Part shown: in pieces, positions 58,545 through 64,000 of the stretch
Layout of the letters: each line of letters begins with the position of its first letter
How positions within the stretch are numbered: the stretch's first letter is position 1
Origin: Macrostomum lignano
Taxonomy: Eukaryota
DNA length: 64,000 nt
Reading direction: 5' to 3'
Assembly (NCBI GenBank): GCA_002269645.1
Contig: NIVC01001382.1
Coordinates: 62,001-126,000 of the forward strand
Position numbers and translations under genes: made by a program
The notes under the pieces: model-generated
The model's database searches: none
Told to the model about the DNA's origin: nothing
Seen by the model: only the letters and a program-made list of their open reading frames with translations

Positions 58545-61500
58545 TAGGGGGCGACCCAGTCCCGGGCCCGGGCCCGAAAAGTCGGGAATCCCGACCAAAA
58601 TCGTGGCCCGACCCGGGCCCGGGCCCGAACCTAAAAAAGTCGGGAAATCGGGACAAATCTTTTTTCCCTAAAGGCACTAACCGCGTGCGAATAAGAAAAA
58701 ATTATTTTTCAACACATTCACACTAATTTACCCTTAATTCCAGCCCCAGGAAAATGCAACTGCAACTGCAAGGCATGACTGCATGAGGCATCTCTGTCTC
58801 TGGTCGGTCACTGACCTCACCTCGACCTCACCTGACCTGACTGTGAGCGGTCTGTGATTCTATGAAGCTGTCGGTCACTCACTGTCACTGGTGACTGGTG
58901 TCAGTCAAGCTCAAGCCTGTCTGCCCTGCCCCGGCTGTCCGTGAAGTTCGGTGATGTCTGGTGCTGCTCCCATCCCGATTCCCGATGTCCAGTCCAGGTC
59001 CAGGCTGCCAAGTCCGAGTGCCGATGCCGACTCCCGTTCCCGTTCCGTCACCGTCCTGAGTCTTGGACAGCTGGACTCCTGTCCTGAGTCCTGACTCCCA
59101 CTCGAGCTTGAGTCAAGTAACCCACTCACTTAACTAAACAGTCAGATTCGAATTTTCGAGTGTACATGTACGACAATAAAATTACATACTGTTCAAAATT
59201 GATGATACATATCATACAATATACATACAATATAGATATATGTATATATATATATGTAATACTGATAGACTGATAGTGATATCATATCTGATACCGATTT
59301 ATTGAAATTGACATCGTAAAAGATTACTGACTTCTGAGTTTTGACTTTTTCCTTTTTTATCACTTTCGTTTCGTCTGGACTCCTGGAGTGGAGAAGAGAA
59401 GTTGAGTGGAGGCCGAGGCCCGAGGGTGGACTGGACTGGACTTTGAACTTTCTGGGCTCGTGGAGTGGAGTCGTGTCGTGTCTGAGGCGTGAGTCGTGAC
59501 TTGTGACTGATTCGTGATTCGCGAGTTTTGTTTTGACCGTGACGGTGACTCGTGATTGTGTAGTGACTCGTGAGTCGTGATCGTGACTCCGTAAGTGACG
59601 GACTACAGACGGAGTGCTAAAAATTACAGCTATGACGCCTATGAGCTACAGGCTACAGCAGACAGACCAGAGTTGCATAAGTCATGACTTATGATTGATG
59701 ACACGTTCGCGTGCAAAAGACAAATGACTAAATGAATGAGTCAATTCCTCAAATGACAATTGCGTAAAACTTTGATTTGACTAAAAAATTATTCGTAAAA
59801 TTACACAAAATGGCAATGCAATTGTGCAAGCAAGGACTTTATTGATAAATTAAGGCAAGGCAAACGAGCCAGCAGAAAGAGTTAAGAATTAAGGAGCCTT
59901 AGACTTGGAGTTAGTAATACTTGTCAGTACTAGATGCTACTATGTTTTCTTTAAAAGTTTTTTAGTTTTCTGTTATAAAATACTTTCTTAAAAAGTTTAA
60001 ACCTAGTAGTACTAGTCGTAGTAGCATCATAGATTCATAGTACACAACACAAGATAAAACAAAGTACGACTCAAAGTAAACAAAGTACACAAAACTAAGT
60101 ACGACGTACTACGACGACTACTACTAGTCTACGTCTACGAGTTTACGAGGTACGACTACGAGTAACAGAACAGTCACGGACTCACGGTCCCACGGAATAA
60201 ATCGAATAGGAAAAAGGATGTAGGAAATTAGGAATAGATTAGTCCGAGCTGATTATAATCACCGACTGACCGACCGGCTCACCTACACTTCATACAAGTA
60301 CAATCCCTACGGCATACGCCCAGTGTTGCCACTCCAAAAAAGACCTAATTTAGCGCAGCACAGCACTAATTTTTGCTAAATGTTGCATATTTTCTTTCAT
60401 TTAAAATCGCTTGCAGTTTGCACTATGGACGCGCATCAAAATTGGTTAAAATCAATTAACGAATAAAAACAGTGCAGCAGGTAGTTGGTTAGTGACAGGA
60501 GAGAGGGAGGGGAGGGGAGAGGCAGAGACAGGGAGGGGTAGAGAGAGAGGGAGAGAGAGACGGAGAGGGAGAGACGGGGCGACACATGCTAGGCTAAAAT
60601 AGCGCCGTTATTTTAGCGAAACTTGTAGACATAATTGATGAGCGGCAAATTAATTTGACAGAAAACTAACTTTTCAAGGGTAGAAGGCTTTAATGAAGCC
60701 CGGTTGTCACAGAAAACATTGGACGCGATACTAAAGAGCCGCTCGCTGGCGACACGTAGCAGGAACACAGCAGTAGTGGCGAACAATCGGCTTCAGAAGT
60801 TCCAGTTCAGCTTCAGGCTTAGCCCAAAAGTGTAGAGGGTTGCTGGAAAGAGGCTCCAGTTCGCTAGACCAGAAGCTAGCTAGCCTATTCTTCCAGACAG
60901 CCGACCTTTTCGTTTTGCGGCGGCGACGCAGTGCTGATGCTGATGAGCTCGACGTCGACGATGCATCAGCAGCTGTAGTAGATGCGCATGCGCGTTGTTG
61001 ACTGTGTACGAGATGCAGAAGCTTCTGCGGCGGAGGGGCTGCTGCTGCTGGTGCCGAATCGTCGTCGCCATAGTCATTGTCACTGTTGTCGGAGTTGTCA
61101 CGGGCACGGCCCACAAGAGCATCGTCCATCTTGTCGAGTTGGTGATCAATGGCTTGAAGAACTATTTCTGCAGCGCTTGATTTGTCAGGAAACCAATCGA
61201 GTTTAAAACGCGGATCGAGAGCAGTGGCAACCATCAGGAAGGTTGTGTTGCAGTTGCCACCGTCAAGGTCGAATTCGAATCGTCGATCAATTTCGTTTGA
61301 CAAGATCATTTGAATATTTTCGATAGAACGCCTTGCTTTAGCCGACATCCCTGCTCGTACAGGAGTGACGCGTGCCAGAGAATTTTGCAGCAAACTCCCC
61401 AACGGAATCATCAATGACACTGATGAGTCTGCTTTGCTTACCATAAGGGTAGCATCGTCGAAAACGCTTAGCAGCTCAATAATGCATTCACAGCATTGAA

Positions 61501-64000
61501 ACTCATCCGGGCGGAGAGAAGTAAAGTTAGCTGCTTCCGTTGAGTAGATTCCAATTGCTCTTTTGAGCTCCAATATCCGCTGAAGCATGTGCAAAGTTGA
61601 GTTCCAACGCGTGGAAACATCAAGTATTAGAGCCTTTATTTGGCGCTTGCTGTCACTGTCTTCCCTCTCAAGATCAAAAGTCTCAGCCTCAGGCTCAGCA
61701 GTTGCACTTGAACTCAAATAAAGATTCTTTTGAATCTCCTCAAATCTGGTGCATGCAGGCGATGAACGGTGAAAGTGGTGCACCATTTGTCGACAGGTGT
61801 TCAGAAGCTCTTTAATGTATTCATCATAATCCAGTGCAGCCTGCACAATTAAGTTCAGTTTGTGTGCAGCGCATCCAAAGTGTTCAACTTGCTGATCAAG
61901 GCTTAAATCTAGCACAGCTCTGCGCATGTTTGCTGCATGATCAGTGACGGCGGCAATCGTTTTGTTTTCGAGATCCCACTCATGCAACAACTCTCTCAGC
62001 TTTTGACTTAGAAAAGCTGCTGTGTGATTCTCATCCAGGATAGTAGCCGCCAAGACTGTTGAGAAGTTGGTCATGTCGGCTGAAATAGCATGAACAGTTA
62101 GGCTAATGATTGACTTTCGCTTCTCTGACCAAATGTCTGAAGTCACTGCAGCATCATCAACTTTTGCCAAGATAAGCCTGATGGCAGCAGCGACACCATC
62201 ATACATTCCAGGTAGCCTGGTGCGGTAAAACTTTTCGGTTTTTATCTGGTAGCTTGGAATAGCTTCAGCCAATAGTCGCTGGAAGCCAGGCCCTTGAACA
62301 AATTTAAATGGCTGCTGATCAGTTGCAATCATTTCAGTTATTAGCTGGTCAAAAATAAGTGACCTCTTGTGGTTAGCTGGCCACTTTGGCTTTGGATAGC
62401 AGTCCTCAATTGTTCGTTGCACTTGCTGTGAACTTGGAACAGCAGTTGTGGTCATGGTAATGGCAGAGGCAGTTGCACTGTTGTCAATGGTCATTGTAGT
62501 ACTAGCACTAGTACCAGCTCCAGCAGTTGCATATGAGTCATAATATGACACTATGCTCTGCTGCCGCTGCCTTTGCACTTGTACTTGCAGTTGCAGATTG
62601 ACTTCCTCTTCTTCTCTGATTTCAATTTTGTGCACTCTAGCAAGATGTCGTTTAAGTCCTGATGTGCTTGAATATTTTACAGCATACACTTGCTTACAAA
62701 TTTTGCACTGAGCCTTTTGCTCACCCAAAACTTCAATTTTTTCATAGTGCTTCCAAACAGCAGAACTTGCCATGTAGATGAGCAGTAGCAGTTCAGTGTT
62801 AAGTGAAATTGCAGATCCAAAAGCTAGGCTGAAATTTTTTAATAAAAGTTTTTTGAATATTAAAAAAGAAAAATTATAGAATGTAGTAGGCTGTCAAAGT
62901 CACTAGCAATGACTCAATTCTTATATGCCATGGTCAATTGGTCAATTGGTCAATAACTCTATTGGTCACTGGTCAGTCATGCTTATACTCATACTAATAG
63001 TAATAGTTAATTAGATATAAAAATCTATTTAAAAATCTGTATTAGTTAATAACTAATACATACTACATGCTACATACGTCAGGTCACAGACTCACAGGCA
63101 CATTATAAAATGAATAAATCATTTCAATTGTAATTTCAAGAATCAAGACAATAAGCCTTGACAATTAGCCTACAAGTCAAATTTAAAGCAATAGATGTCT
63201 ACAAGACATAAAAAATTAAATAAGTTTAAATTCATCAATAGTATAATATTTAGTTATAATATTAACAATTATATTTTATACTTTAAATAAACTGACAAAA
63301 TTAAAATTTATTTACTAGTTCATAACCAGTGAAAATCTAAGGCCTGTCTAGGACCAGAGCTGATGCTGTGGGCTGTGGCTTTACATTTGCAATGCTGACT
63401 GAAAGACTACAAAGTTAGACTTCACTAGTCCAGTACAGTTCACAAACTCAGTATTTCTAGTATTTAAATTTTAAAATCACTGCTAGGCTAGTGCTATAAG
63501 TATCGAGTAATTATTACTGTCACTTTCGTTAGAATTATACAGTGTAGTGTAGTGTACTCTAATCAATAATCATTTCATCGTCATCCGTCATGTCAGGTCA
63601 GTGGTCAGGACTCAGGACTCAGGATCAGGACAGCACAACACTCAGTTAAGCATCGCATCAGTAATAGTAATAGATTTAGTATATTTAGATGCTATGATGT
63701 GAAGTAGCAATATCATTGATTCGTAGTAGGCTCTTAGCGTGAGCGTCTGTGACCGTGAGCGTCAGCCACAGCCAGTTTCCACTTTCCAGGAAGATCGGAT
63801 TTTTTTCCAGGAAGATAAAATTAAAACATAGTTTTGCAATACTTTTTTGCAATATTGATTCCACTTTACACGCTGCAGGCTGCAGCCTAAAAGCAAAAAT
63901 ATGATTCTTTAAAAAGTTTATTTGTCATTTTTAAGCTTTTGTAAATAACATTTCCTATTTACATTCCAAGAAGGCTACCATTTTTCCAAGAAGTTTGCTA
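58545..64000 (-). mobile_element. hAT DNA transposon; the other end probably lies outside the window
   Basis: tagggggcgaccc terminus with GC-rich subterminal cccgggcccg repeats at 58545-58660, plus the hAT transposase. The extent to the right is assumed. Confidence 0.6.
60613..62773 (-). CDS. hAT transposase with BED zinc finger; 680-aa ORF plus a frameshifted C-terminal tail
   Basis: VWKHY, CKIC...LKRHL..VH (BED); VTSDIW, VTDHAANM, CAAHKLNL, DVSTRWNST, ALDPRFK, PLHFW. After a slip near 60755 the alternative frame reads VASERLFSIA...RASLKPSTLEKLVF...* (stop 60613). Confidence 0.93.

Overview
Eukaryotic DNA, probably from an invertebrate animal. It is an AT-rich background packed with nested and mostly decayed transposable elements, and I recognise no intact host gene, rRNA, tRNA or CRISPR array. 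From left to right: a hairpin MITE; a mariner relic; a 3.2-kb internally deleted Polinton/Maverick with both termini and a near-perfect 6-bp TSD; the 3' half of a Gypsy LTR element with an extra J-domain-like ORF between integrase and LTR; a full-length LOA/R1-like LINE with a 7-bp TSD inserted exactly at that LTR's end; four CACTA/EnSpm-like transposase relics, two with a shared intron position and a shared divergent partner gene; MULE-type foldback MITEs; an intronless, virus-like gene cluster that includes a Fic (AMPylase-family) gene; a Polinton capsid module; a Tc1 element whose transposase has lost its catalytic domain in frame; a second Gypsy element with a solo LTR nested in its 5' LTR; a second Polinton terminus; and a hAT element with a long BED-finger transposase ORF. 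The strongest leads are the Fic-containing cluster (about 31.9-34.7 kb) and the J-domain accessory ORF of the Gypsy element (9.9-10.7 kb). All family assignments come from motif recognition by eye; no database search was run.
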